Shown in pieces: positions 50,026 through 61,659 of a stretch of DNA of 64,000 nucleotides. Each line of letters opens with the position of its first letter. Position 1 is the first letter of the stretch. The DNA is from an uncultured delta proteobacterium (GTDB lineage Bacteria > Myxococcota_A > UBA9160 > UBA4427): assembly GCA_963822965.1 (NCBI GenBank), contig CAWGJT010000015.1, positions 1-64,000 of the forward strand, given 5' to 3'. The notes under the pieces were generated by a model that saw nothing but the letters and a program-made list of their open reading frames with translations, made no database searches and was not told where the DNA came from. A program made the translations under genes and the position numbers.

Positions 50026-52205
50026 GTGCCGGACACCCCGCCCGCGCATCTCGAGGCCCTGAACGCCGCCCAGCGCGCGGCGGCCGAGCACGGCCTGTCG
50101 GGCGAGCGGGCCGACGACCCGCGGCCGCTCCTCATCATCGCCGGGGCCGGCAGCGGCAAGACCAACACCCTGGCCCACCGGGTGGCCCACCTGGTCCACA
50201 CCGGCGCCGACCCGCGCCGCATCCTGCTGCTGACCTTCACGCGCCGCGCCGCGGCCGAGATGACCCGGCGCGCCCACGCCATCCTGGCCCGGGCGGCGCG
50301 GCCGCTCGCAGCGGCGCGCGAGCACTTCGACGCGACAGAGCGACACGGAAGCCCAGTGCCGGCGGCGACGACCACCGCATCCGCTGGTCGGGCACCTTCC
50401 ATGCCGTCGCGAATCGCCTGCTGCGCCTGCACGCCGAGAGCGTGGGGCTCGACCCGAGCTTCACGGTGCTCGACCGCTCGGACTCGGCGGACCTGATGGA
50501 CGTGCTGCGGGGCGAGCTGCGCGCCGCCGCCACGGGCGACGGCCCCGAGACCACCCGCGCCTCGGACAAGCCCGGCCGCTTCCCCCGCAAGGCCACCTGC
50601 CTCGCCATCTACTCCCACACGGTGAACTCCCAGCGGCCCCTGTCCGAGACCCTGGAAGAGGCGTTCCCGTGGTGCGCCGACTGGGAGGACGAGCTGCGGG
50701 CGTTGTTCGCCGCCTACGTGGAGGCGAAGCAGCAGCAGCAGGTGCTCGACTACGACGACCTGCTCCTCTACTGGTTCTACCTGATGCAGGAGCCGTCGCT
50801 CGCGGCGCTCGTGGGCGAGCGCTTCGACCACGTGCTGGTGGACGAGTACCAGGACACCAACGCCCTGCAGGCCGCGGTGCTGCTCGCCCTGCGGCCCGAC
50901 GGCCGGGGGCTCACGGTGGTGGGCGACGACGCCCAGGCCATCTACGGCTTCCGCGCCGCCAGCGTGCGCAACATCCTCGACTTCCCGACCCACTTCGAGC
51001 CCGCGGCCCGGGTGGTGACCCTGGAGCAGAACTACCGCTCGACGCAGCCCGTCCTCCAGGCCTGCAACGCCGTGATCGGCCTGGCCCGCGAGCGCTTCAC
51101 CAAGAACCTCTTCAGCCAGAGGCCCTCGGCGCAGAAGCCCTGGCTCGTCACCGCCGAGGACGAGATGGCCCAGGTCGACTACGTGATCGAGCGGGTGATC
51201 GACAACCGCGAGGCGGGCATCGACCTGCAGCGCCAGGCCGTGCTGATGCGCGCGGCCCACCACGGCGACGCCCTGGAGATCGAGCTCTCGCGCCGCAGCA
51301 TCCCCTACGTGAAGTACGGCGGGCTCAAGTTCCTCGAGGCGGCCCACGTGAAGGACGCCCTGTGCGTGCTGCGCTTCGCCGAGAACCCGCGCGACGGCGT
51401 GGCGGGCTTCCGGGTGCTGCAGCTGCTGCCCGGCATCGGCCCGCGCAGCGCCCGCCGGGCCCTGGACGCCCTGGGAAGCGCCGGATTCTCGCTGCGCGCC
51501 CTGGCCGACTTCCGGCCGCCGGTGCCCGCCCGCGAGGACTGGCGGCCCCTGTGCGAGCTGCTGCTCCGCATCGCGGATCCGAAGAGCGACTGGCCCGCCC
51601 AGCTCGGCTGGGTGCGCGACTGGTACGAGCCGCACCTGGCGCGGCTCTACGACTCCGCGCACGTGCGCACGGGCGACCTCGAGCAGCTCGAGCAGGTCTC
51701 CGCGGGCTTCCCGAGCCGCGAGCGCTTCCTCTCGGAGCTCACCCTCGACCCGCCCCAGGCCACCGGCGACGAGGCCGGCCCGCCGCACCTCGACGAAGAC
51801 TTCCTCATCCTCTCCACCATCCACTCCGCCAAGGGCCAGGAGTGGGACGCAGTCTTCGTGCTGAACGCGGCGGACGGCTGCATCCCGTCGGACATGGCCA
51901 CGGGCAAGCCCGAGCAGATCGAGGAGGAGCGGCGGCTCCTCTACGTGGCGATGACCCGCGCGAAGGACCAGCTGCACCTGGTGCACCCCCAGCGCATGTT
52001 CATCCGCCAGCAGCACCGCCACGGCGACCGCCACGTGTACACGCCGCGGACGCGCTTCGTGCCGAACGAGATCCTGGGCTGCTTCGAGACGCGGTCCTAC
52101 AGCCCGCTGCGGGACGCGGACGCGAAGGCGGCGGGACGCCCCGCCGCCCGGGTGGACGTGGCGGCGCGCCTGCGGCGCCAGTGGCAGCCGTCGGGAACGG
52201 CCTGA
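50026..52205 (+). CDS. UvrD/Rep/PcrA family ATP-dependent DNA helicase (frameshift about 50340-50380)
   Basis: AGAGSGKT, LTFTRRAA, GTFH, VDEYQDTN, VGDDAQAIY.FR, LEQNYRS, STIHSAKGQEW, EERRLLYVAMTRA. Confidence 0.93.
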
Positions 52206-52285
52206 GGGGTCGCGCGCGGGGAATCGCACGGGAGACCGCGCGCAGGACCGCGCAGGAGCTCGCGGAGCTCACGTAGTAGAGAGGC

Positions 52286-52564
52286 TCAGCCCTCGGCAGC
52301 GCGCGGCGGCGCCTGGTACGTCCAGCCGTAGCGCTCCATGCAGTCCGCCATGGCGTCCGCATAGGGCACCGCGTCCGCCGGCACCTCCTTCGTACAGCGC
52401 TGGATGGCCTCCGCCCGGCTCGGGTGCGAGCGCATGGCGAAGGGCCCCGTCGCGCAGGCGGTGAAGGCGGCGAGCGAGGCCAGCAGGAGCACGAAGAGCC
52501 GGGTCGGCCGGAGCACGAAGAGCCGGGTCGGCCGGAGAACGAAGAGCCGGGTGGCGCGCGACAT
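52286..52564 (-). CDS. Small lipoprotein (92 aa)
   Basis: Signal ending FTAC; two further Cys (QRC...ADCMERYGW). Confidence 0.65.
   Translation of the reverse strand: MSRATRLFVLRPTRLFVLRPTRLFVLLLASLAAFTACATGPFAMRSHPSRAEAIQRCTKEVPADAVPYADAMADCMERYGWTYQAPPRAAEG
52487..52552 (-). repeat. 24-bp in-frame tandem repeat x2.7 (TRLFVLRP) in the lipoprotein signal peptide
   Basis: GAGCACGAAGAGCCGGGTCGGCCG x2 plus a partial copy (plus strand). Confidence 0.88.
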
Positions 52565-52695
52565 GGAAGAGTTCGTCCCATTGCGAAGGGGAGGCCTGGT
52601 GCACGAGCCTAGCACCCGGCCTGCCCGGCTGCGGTCGTCTCGCCGCGACCACGAGGCGGGACCTCCAGACGGGAAGATGCGGGCCGCCCGTCGCG

Positions 52696-54093
52696 CTAGT
52701 GGTGGTAGCCGCCGGCCTCGGCCTCGGTCAGCGGCCGGGAGACCGGGTGCTTCCCGAAGTGCTCGAGGCTCCGCTTCATGTCGTCGATCAGCAGGCTCGC
52801 CAGGTCGCGGCTGACCCCGTGGCGTACCAGGATGCGCTGGATCACCAGGTCCTGACGGTTCGCGGGCATGGAGTAGGCGGGCACCTGCCAGCCGCGACTG
52901 CGGAGCCGATCGGCCAGGTCGTACAGCGTGTAGCCGCGGGTGTCGTATCCCGGCTTGACGGTCCAGCACAGGGCCGGCATGCCGGTCTTCATGTCGCCTC
53001 CGAAGAGGATCTCGAAGGGCCCCAGCTTCGCGATCTCGGCAGCGAGGTACTGCGCGGTCTCGTAGCAGGCGGTCTGGATCTTGCGGTAGCCCTCCTTCCC
53101 CAGGCGCAGGAAGTTGTAGTACTGGGCGACGATCTGGCCGCCCGGCCGCGAGAAGTTCAGCGCGAAGGTGGGCATGTTCCCGCCCAGGTAGTTGACGTCG
53201 AAGATCAGGTCCTTCGGCAGGTCGCTGGCGTCCCGCCACACCGCCCAGCCGACGCCGAGGGGCGCCAGGCCGTACTTGTGGCCGGAGGTGTTGATCGACT
53301 TCACGCGCGGCAGGCGGAAGTCCCACGTCAGCTCCGGCGCGCAGAAGGGGGCCAGGAAGCCCCCGCTGGCCCCGTCGACGTGGATGGGGATGTCGAGGCC
53401 CTGGGTCTCCTGCAGCCGGTCGAGCGCGTCGCTGACCTCGTGGACCGGCTCGTACTGGCAGGTGAACGTGACGCCGAGGGTCGGAACCACGCCGATCGTG
53501 TTCTCGTCGCAGCGCGCAATCACCTCCTCGGCGTTCATGATCAGCCGGTCGCCCTCCAGGGGGATCTCGCGCAGCTCGATGTCCCAGTAGCGCGCGAACT
53601 TGTGCCAGCAGATCTGCACGGGGCCGCAGACCAGGTTCGGCTTGTCGGTCGGCTTGCCGGCCGCGCGCATCTTCTCGCGCCAACGCCACTTCATGGCCAT
53701 TCCCCCCAGCATCGCCGCCTCGCTGGACCCGGTGGTCGAGCAGCCGATGGTGTCGGCCGCGTCGGGCGCGTTCCACAGATCGGCGAGCATGTGGACGCAG
53801 CGCTCCTCGATCGCGGCCGTCTGGGGATACTCGTCCTTGTCGATCATGTTCTTGTCGACGGACTCGTCCATCAGCCAGTGGACCTCGGGCTCGAACCAGG
53901 TCTGGCAGAAGGTCGCCAGGTTCTGGCGCGAGTTGCCGTCGAGCATCAGCTCGTCGTGGACGACCCGGTAGGCGGCGCGGGGGTCGTGCTCGGACTCCGG
54001 CATCTTGAACTTCGGCATCGACACCGAGAGATCGGCCGAGGAGTAGACGTCGTCGAGGAGGTTCTCCCGAACCTTCTTCCTGTGCAGTGCCAT
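52696..54093 (-). CDS. gadB: Glutamate decarboxylase
   Basis: [54 protein letters not shown]. Confidence 0.96.
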   Translation of the reverse strand: MALHRKKVRENLLDDVYSSADLSVSMPKFKMPESEHDPRAAYRVVHDELMLDGNSRQNLATFCQTWFEPEVHWLMDESVDKNMIDKDEYPQTAAIEERCVHMLADLWNAPDAADTIGCSTTGSSEAAMLGGMAMKWRWREKMRAAGKPTDKPNLVCGPVQICWHKFARYWDIELREIPLEGDRLIMNAEEVIARCDENTIGVVPTLGVTFTCQYEPVHEVSDALDRLQETQGLDIPIHVDGASGGFLAPFCAPELTWDFRLPRVKSINTSGHKYGLAPLGVGWAVWRDASDLPKDLIFDVNYLGGNMPTFALNFSRPGGQIVAQYYNFLRLGKEGYRKIQTACYETAQYLAAEIAKLGPFEILFGGDMKTGMPALCWTVKPGYDTRGYTLYDLADRLRSRGWQVPAYSMPANRQDLVIQRILVRHGVSRDLASLLIDDMKRSLEHFGKHPVSRPLTEAEAGGYHH

Positions 54094-54358
54094 GGGTCTC
54101 TGCTCCCTCTCCTTGCCGATTCCTCATCTCGGCTCCATCCGATCGAGACAGTATAGGTGGCGGGGGCGTCCGACGGCCCGCCCCAGGTGGAACGGGGACG
54201 CCTGCCGATGGTCGTCTTCGAATCGGAGCAGCCCGGGCTCGTGCACGGGTCCGTGGATTCCGGGACCGGGGGAGCGGCCCCGATCGGCCGCGATCGGCCG
54301 GTTGGAGGCCGCCTTCGGCCGATGCGCGCGCGCCTCCGGCCGCTGACACCCGTGCGTG

Positions 54359-54375
54359 ACGGCACGCGCGTTGCA
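54359..54375 (+). promoter_or_regulatory. Sigma54 -24/-12 promoter upstream of the sigma54 activator gene
   Basis: ACGGCACGCGCGTTGCA: GG at 54361, GC at 54373. Confidence 0.65.
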
Positions 54376-54489
54376 CTCCTCGTGGTGGTGATCCGCTCAG
54401 CGTCCACTCGTCCCCGTACGTCGTCGCTCGCGCTCGCGGGACCTCGATTCGACGAACGTTCACGAACGTTCACGAGGAGAAGAACGAAC

Positions 54490-55851
<1,362 letters not shown>

Positions 55852-55879
55852 TTGACATATTTATGTCTGTCGCTAGCCT
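55852..55879 (+). promoter_or_regulatory. vapBC promoter with perfect palindromic operator
   Basis: TTGACA, 16 bp, TAGCCT; GACATA-TT-TATGTC inverted repeat overlaps the -35. Confidence 0.7.
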
Positions 55880-55886
55880 GCTCCGC

Positions 55887-56138
55887 ATGCGGACGACGGT
55901 GCGCCTCGACGACGATCTCCTGCGGCGGATCAAGGCCCTTGCGGCGCAGCGCGGATCCACACTGACGGCGGTGCTCCAGGAAGCGCTCCGCGAGTGGCTG
56001 TCGCGCCAGCGCCGCGGCGCGCGCAGGGAGCCTACCGAGCTCCCCGTCTCCGATCGGAGCGGCGGACTTCGGCCGGGAGTCGATCTCGACGACGCCGCCG
56101 GCCTCCTCGAGCGGATGGAGGAAGATGCTCCTGCCTGA
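55887..56138 (+). CDS. vapB: Ribbon-helix-helix antitoxin (VapB-like)
   Basis: MRTTVRLDDDLL...K..AA..G.TLT.V..EALR; overlaps the PIN toxin gene. Confidence 0.88.
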   Translation: MRTTVRLDDDLLRRIKALAAQRGSTLTAVLQEALREWLSRQRRGARREPTELPVSDRSGGLRPGVDLDDAAGLLERMEEDAPA

Positions 56139-56556
56139 CGTGAACGTCCTGGTCTACGCGTTCCGTCCCGACACGGCAGAGCACGCACCCTGCCGTGCCC
56201 TGCTCGAAGGGATGCTCCGCGGCGACGAGGCGTATGCCATGTCGAGCCTCGTGCTGAGCGGCTTCCTTCGCGTCGTCACGCACCCGCGGGTCTTCGCCGC
56301 ACCGGATCCGCCCGAGACCGCACTCGCTTTCACCAACGCGCTGCGCGCGCCCGAGCACTGTGTCCCGGTGGACCCGGGCCCCCGCCACTGGCAGATCTTC
56401 GAGCGGCTCTGCCGTGCAGCCAACGCGCGGGGAAACCTCGTGCCCGACGCCTACCTCGCGGCGCTCGCGATCGAGTCCGGAAGCGAATGGATCACGACGG
56501 ACCGCGACTACGCGCGTTTCCCCGGCTTGCGCTGGCGTGGCCCGTCGGCGCTGTAG
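56125..56556 (+). CDS. vapC: PIN-domain ribonuclease toxin
   Basis: PDVNVLVYA, FLRVVTHPR, GNLVPDAYLAALAIE, TTDRDYARFPGL. Confidence 0.93.
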   Translation: MLLPDVNVLVYAFRPDTAEHAPCRALLEGMLRGDEAYAMSSLVLSGFLRVVTHPRVFAAPDPPETALAFTNALRAPEHCVPVDPGPRHWQIFERLCRAANARGNLVPDAYLAALAIESGSEWITTDRDYARFPGLRWRGPSAL

Positions 56557-56780
56557 GCGGCCACGCGACGGCTCGACGCCTCGACCGGTACGGGCTCATC
56601 GCGACGCTTCACGAGAGATCCCATTGCTCGTCCGTCATGGCGGAGTTCCGCTGGTCCGAGCCGTCGAGCCGGATCCCTTGGGCGTGAAGGCCTCCAGCAA
56701 GAGGAGGCCGCTGGAGATCGAGTAGAATCTCGCTGGACCCATCCGCGTGGCTCCGCCGGCCGCAGAACGCGGCGAGATCG

Positions 56781-56838
56781 GGCAAGAGAGGGCGAGAGAG
56801 GGCGAGAGAGGGCGAGAGAAAAGGGCGAGAGAGGGCGA
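56781..56838. repeat. Purine-rich 10-bp tandem repeat (GGCGAGAGAG) about x5
   Basis: Visible imperfect array. Confidence 0.8.
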
Positions 56839-56855
56839 AGGAAAACCGCTCCGCA

Positions 56856-56925
56856 CCATTGCAAGCGCGCCATTGCAAGCGCGCCATTGCAAGCCCGCCA
56901 TTGCAAGTGCGCCATCGCAAGCGCA
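56856..56925. repeat. 14-bp tandem repeat x5 (CCATTGCAAGCGCG)
   Basis: Five units at 56856, 56870, 56884, 56898 and 56912, each with 0-2 mismatches. Confidence 0.92.
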
Positions 56926-56947
56926 GTACGGCAAGGAGGACGGAACG

Positions 56948-57478
56948 ATGAAGGGCCTCGGCTTCAATCACATCGACCTCGGCACCCGGGACATGGAGGC
57001 CACGCGGGCCTTCTATGAGGACGTGCTCGGCTTCCCGCTCGTCCGAGCGGACCTCTTCGAGATCGGCGACCAGGGTGTCATGAAGCACTTCTTCTTCGAC
57101 TGCGGGGGCGGCCAGCTGATCGGCTTCATGAGCGGTGAGGACGTCGAGAAGTTCCCCAAGGACTTCGACACCAGCATCAACAAGGGACTGGGATTGCCAC
57201 CCGGGGTCTATCACTTCGCGTTCCAGGCCGACTCGGTCGAGACGCTCGAGGCCACCAAGGAGCAGCTCGAGGCCCACGGCGTCGCGGTGCGCGGTCCCGT
57301 CGACCACGAGGGCTGGTCGCAGTCGATCTACTTCCACGACCCCAACGGGCTGCAGCTCGAGTGCTGCCACTTGACCCGCCCCTTCGACGCGGACGACGCG
57401 GTTCCGCGCGTGCGTTTCCGGCTCGAGGGCCGCGTGAAGAAGCAGCCCGACGGGAGCGAGGAGCGCAGCCGCGGCTGA
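56948..57478 (+). CDS. VOC / glyoxalase family protein
   Basis: GFNHIDL.TRDMEATR.FYEDVLG, YHFAF, SIYFHDPNG.QLE; GGAGGA RBS. Confidence 0.92.
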   Translation: MKGLGFNHIDLGTRDMEATRAFYEDVLGFPLVRADLFEIGDQGVMKHFFFDCGGGQLIGFMSGEDVEKFPKDFDTSINKGLGLPPGVYHFAFQADSVETLEATKEQLEAHGVAVRGPVDHEGWSQSIYFHDPNGLQLECCHLTRPFDADDAVPRVRFRLEGRVKKQPDGSEERSRG

Positions 57479-57521
57479 ACGCCGACGGCGCCCGGGAGCA
57501 GAATCGCGCCGGGGTGCCGCC

Positions 57522-58316
57522 TCAGGCCGACCCGGGACGCGGCGCCTCGCGGTCCATCGCGCCGCGCCGGGGCCGCGGCAGGCCGGGGACCAGGCGCGGA
57601 ACGCGCTCCTGATAGCGGCGGTAGTCGTCTCCCAGGCTGGCGACGAGGTCGCGCTCCTCGATGCGGATGCCGACCAGGACGTAGAGGCTGAAGCCCGCCG
57701 CGATCACGAGATGGCCGGCGCTCATGTCCGGGGTCGCCCACAGGCCGATCAGCATGCCCGTCATCATCGGATGGCGCACGAAGCGATACAGGAGCGGCAT
57801 GCGGAACGTCTTGTCCTGCGACGAGACGCCCCGGTGGTGGGCCGTCACCTGGCGCAAGCCGAAGAGCCCCCAGTGGTCGATCAGGAAGGTCGATACGACC
57901 ACCGTGAGCCAGCCGACGCCCTGGAGCGCCCAGAGCAGGCCGCGCAGCACGGACGTTTCGACGTGCCAGACGTGGCCCGCGATGGACGCCCAGCACGTGA
58001 AGAGCAGCACCAGGCACACCACCGTCGCGACCACGAAGGTGCTTCGCTCGATGGGCGCGGGGACGAAGCGCGTCCAGACGCGCTTGAAGGCCGGGCGCGC
58101 CATCACGGTGTGCTGCAGGGCGAAGAGGGCGATGAGGCCGACGTCGATCGCCAGCGCCCACCCGAGCGGCCGCGGGCTGCCGCTGCCGAGGCTGAACGGC
58201 AGCGGGACGTCGTTCAGGAAGAGGATCAGGTAGAGGAAGCTCGCGTGAAAGGACGCGTAGGCGAGCAGCCCGTAGGCGAGCATCGCGTGGCGTGCGAATC
58301 GGCTCTTCGAGGTCAT
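57522..58316 (-). CDS. mddA: Methanethiol S-methyltransferase-like (MddA / isoprenylcysteine carboxylmethyltransferase family)
   Basis: LFALQHTVMARPAFK..WT..VP.PIERSTFV, STFLIDH..LFGLRQ, LYRFVRHPMM.G, WATP.MS.GHL, EERDL; AGGAG RBS. Confidence 0.78.
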   Translation of the reverse strand: MTSKSRFARHAMLAYGLLAYASFHASFLYLILFLNDVPLPFSLGSGSPRPLGWALAIDVGLIALFALQHTVMARPAFKRVWTRFVPAPIERSTFVVATVVCLVLLFTCWASIAGHVWHVETSVLRGLLWALQGVGWLTVVVSTFLIDHWGLFGLRQVTAHHRGVSSQDKTFRMPLLYRFVRHPMMTGMLIGLWATPDMSAGHLVIAAGFSLYVLVGIRIEERDLVASLGDDYRRYQERVPRLVPGLPRPRRGAMDREAPRPGSA

Positions 58317-58588
58317 GGCGTTCTCCTGCGGGGATCGGCCCGGTCCCTCTCCCCGTGGCCGACCCACCAGGCCGGCAGCACGAGAGGCGGTCCCGAGGCC
58401 GCGATCGCGTAGGCGATGCGCTGGCCCCGGGCGCCGCTGAAGAGCGGCGTCATGGCCCCGGAGAGTAGGGCCTCTTGCGAGGGGGCGTCAGCTCGGAGGA
58501 TGTGGCTGCCTCGGGGCGTCCCACCGCGCCCGTCCTTCGCAGACAGGTCCGCCGTCGTTCGCAGACCCGCCGCGAACGGTCTCGAGCG

Positions 58589-59608
58589 CTATTGGGGGCC
58601 GAAGATGCTCTTCCAGTCGTCCTTCATGCTGATGACGACCCAGCCCTTCTTCTTCGCTTCCTGCATCAACGCCGGCGGGAACGCGCCGAACCTGGTGTCC
58701 GGAAGCCCGTTGGCGGGTCCATAGGCGTACTCGCGCTTCGCGTCGTCGTGGAACACCAGCATCCTGAGGCGCCGACCCTCCCCCGCCCCGGTCCACTCCA
58801 GCATCTCGCGGTCCCCGGCCGAGTTGCCGAACGCCGCGATCGGACGCCGACCGATGAACTTGTTGATGCCGACGGGCTTGCCGCCCTTGTCGTCGATGAA
58901 GTCGACCTCGGGCAGGCGCATCAGCACCGGCTTGCCGTCCTGCATCTCGAACTTCGTCTTGATGGTCGAGCCCACTACCTGCTCGGGCGGGATCCCGTAG
59001 GCCTTCTCCGTCATCGGTCGCATGAACTCGACGCCACCGCCGGAGACGATGTAGGTCTTGAAGCCGTTGGCCCGCAGGTACGTCAGCAGCTCGACCATCG
59101 GTCGATAGGTCAGCTCGGGATAGGGCCGCTCGAAGCGCGGGTGGCGCGCCTTGGCGAGCCAGTCCTTCACGATCGCCTCGAACTCGGCGGTCGTCATCCC
59201 GGCGTGCGACGCCATGACCAGCTCGACGAGCCCCTTCTCGCCCGCCGCCCCCAACGCCTCGAGGTCGTCGTCGAGCACCGCCTTGAAGGGCTGCTGGGTC
59301 TTCCACTCCGGGTGCTGCGGCGCCAGCGCCTTGACCCGATCGAGGGCAAAGGCGAGCTGGGTATACATCGGGTGCTCGGTCCACAGCGTTCCGTCGTTGT
59401 CGAAGGCGGTGATGCGCTCGTCGAGCGGCACGAAGTCCGGGCTCGACGCGTCGGTGGTGGCCTTCACGAAGGACACGATCGCCTTCTTCGCGGCGCCGTC
59501 GTTCCAGGAGGGCAGCGGGTCGGCCTGGGCGAGGGCGCGCGGACCGACGACGAGGCCCACCGCCAGAGCGAGCGCGGAAGCCAGAGCGATGCGGAGGCGG
59601 GAGGGCAT
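58589..59608 (-). CDS. Secreted HAD-family hydrolase
   Basis: ALA|Q signal, DPLPSWNDG, FDNDGTLW, IVSGGG, GK, FGNS.GD..ML. Confidence 0.9.
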   Translation of the reverse strand: MPSRLRIALASALALAVGLVVGPRALAQADPLPSWNDGAAKKAIVSFVKATTDASSPDFVPLDERITAFDNDGTLWTEHPMYTQLAFALDRVKALAPQHPEWKTQQPFKAVLDDDLEALGAAGEKGLVELVMASHAGMTTAEFEAIVKDWLAKARHPRFERPYPELTYRPMVELLTYLRANGFKTYIVSGGGVEFMRPMTEKAYGIPPEQVVGSTIKTKFEMQDGKPVLMRLPEVDFIDDKGGKPVGINKFIGRRPIAAFGNSAGDREMLEWTGAGEGRRLRMLVFHDDAKREYAYGPANGLPDTRFGAFPPALMQEAKKKGWVVISMKDDWKSIFGPQ

Positions 59609-59644
59609 GGATGGATCACCTCGAGCAAGCGGGAGGGGGCCGCG

Positions 59645-59679
59645 CATGGCGGGCGCCCCGCTCGGGGACGCCCGCCATG
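59645..59679. other. Strong intergenic hairpin between the sulfatase and HAD genes
   Basis: CATGGCGGGCG CCCCG CT CGGGG A CGCCCGCCATG. Confidence 0.6.
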
Positions 59680-59684
59680 GAAGT

Positions 59685-61330
59685 TCAGTTCCCGGTCGGC
59701 ATGGGGATGCTGACCCCTTCCTTCTCGAGCACATCCCGCACGTACTTGAAGCGCTGGTACCGCGTCAGGGTGAGCGGACCCGTGTAGACCTCGCTCTGCA
59801 GCTTCCGCGGCGGGTAGTCGATGTAGGTCTTCATCAGCCCCTTGATCGCCTGGTTGAACGTGACCAGGGTCCAGGTGCGCTCCGTGAAGTTGTTCATGAA
59901 GAGGTCGTAGCGCTCCTGCGGGTCCTGCCACAGATCGAAGATCTGCGGCACCGTGGCGACGTACTTCTCGGCGCCCTTCCAGCCGAGGTTGGTATCGACC
60001 GCGAGACCGCCGGTCGTCGCCCCGTCGTCGCCGCGGAGGTTGAAGACGGCCTTGTAGTTGCCGCACCCGAGCCGCTCCCGGGGTGAGCTCGTCCTCCGTG
60101 AAGTAGAACCACGCGGTCCGGGCGCTCTTGCCCTTGCCCAGGAGCACCGGCGACATGTCGTAGCTGTCGAAGATGATCGGCTTCCCGTCCCGATCGTTCT
60201 TGGGCAGCTTGATGTCCGCCACGGAGGCGAAGGTGGCCATCAGGTCGAGGCCGCCGAGGATGTCGTGGTTCCGCTCGCCGCCCTTGATCTTGCCCGGCCA
60301 GATGGCGATGGCCGGCACGCGGTTGCCGCCCTCGCGCACCGTGCCCTTGGTGCCGCGGAACGGCGTGTACCCGGCGTCGGGATACACGTCCTGCCAGGCG
60401 CCATTGTCGGTCGTGTAGAAGACGAGCGTGTTCTTGTCGAGGCCCAGCTCGCGCAGCTTGTCCAGGATGCGGCCGATGCGCGTGTCCAGCTCGACGATCG
60501 AGTCGGCGTACTTCGACTTCGAGAGCGACTTGTGCTCGAACTCCGGCGCCGGGAGGTTGGGCTGGTGGACCTTCATGAAGTTGACGTTGATGAAGAAGGG
60601 CTGGTCGGGATGCTTCGCGGCGTCCTCCAGGAAGTTCAGGCCCGACTGCTCGACGTACTTGTCGAGGAAGGGGATGCCGACGACGCCCTTCTCCGGCGTG
60701 TCCACGTACTCGCCGTTGACCTTCCAGTCCTGCTTGGCCTTCTCGCCCGCGTTGCCGGAGAGCGAGCCCTTGGTCACCTTCGTCGAACATCTCCCGCAGC
60801 TTCGGGTCCATGTCGGGGAACCACTTCGGGTCGCCGTAGGTGTACGCGTTCAGGTGGTACAGGAACGCGTGCTCCATCACGTCGTAGCCCTGGGCGTTGG
60901 GCAGCGCGTAGTCGGCCTCACCCAGATGCCACTTGCCGGTGAAGTAGGTCTTGTAGCCCGCGGTCTTGAGGACGGAGGCCAGGGTCCACTCCGCCTTCGG
61001 CAGCCCGCCGCCCTGGCCCTGGAAGGCCACCGTCGTCATGCCGCTGCGGTTCGGGATGCGTCCGGTCTGCATCGCCGCGCGCCCCGGCGTGCAGCTGGGC
61101 TGCGCGTAGAACGAGAAGAAGGTCATCCCCTCGTCCGCCATGCGGTCGAAGGTGGGCGTGGGCATTCCGCGCCCTTCGCCGCCTCCATAGGGACCGAGGT
61201 CCCCATAGCCGGTGTCGTCCGACACGATCAACAGGATGTTCGGCTTCGACGCGGCGAAGGCGAGGCTCGGGAGGAAGGCCAGCAGGAGTGCAACGAGCGC
61301 TGCGGCCAGCCACGGTTGACTTCGGTTCAT
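59685..61330 (-). CDS. Arylsulfatase (formylglycine type) with two apparent frameshifts (about 60780 and 60065)
   Basis: AFA|A signal, KPNILLIVSDD, SCTPGRA (CxPxR), GKWHLG, TTDNG, KGT.REGG.RVP, FDLWQDPQER. Confidence 0.9.
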
Positions 61331-61659
61331 CTCGATCTCCAAGTTGGTGTCTCACGTAGAAAGAGGGCTCAGCCCGGAGCGGCCCGCACGCGTGCGAGAC
61401 GCCCGGTCGTCGGCATTGCCCAGATGTCTCGAGAACGACGCAGCGTAGGGAGAGACCCCCGTTCGCTGTGCATCATGCTGTCGACGTGCGAGCGAGCGAG
61501 CACCGCGACTTCGATGGCTCCTGATCCGACCGTCCCTCGAAATTCGATCCGCGGCCTGCCCCTCAGCGTCTTGATACCGTGTCGGTGCCCGGTCCGGCGG
61601 TTAGCGGAGGTTAGGAACCTTCCGGGTTATGCTCGCCCGCGCATGAGGCATTCCCCCCA

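Noticed and set aside
56856..56925. Minus-strand TGGCGCGCTTGC units as sigma54 promoters
   Set aside because: GG-to-GC spacing is 3 bp too short.
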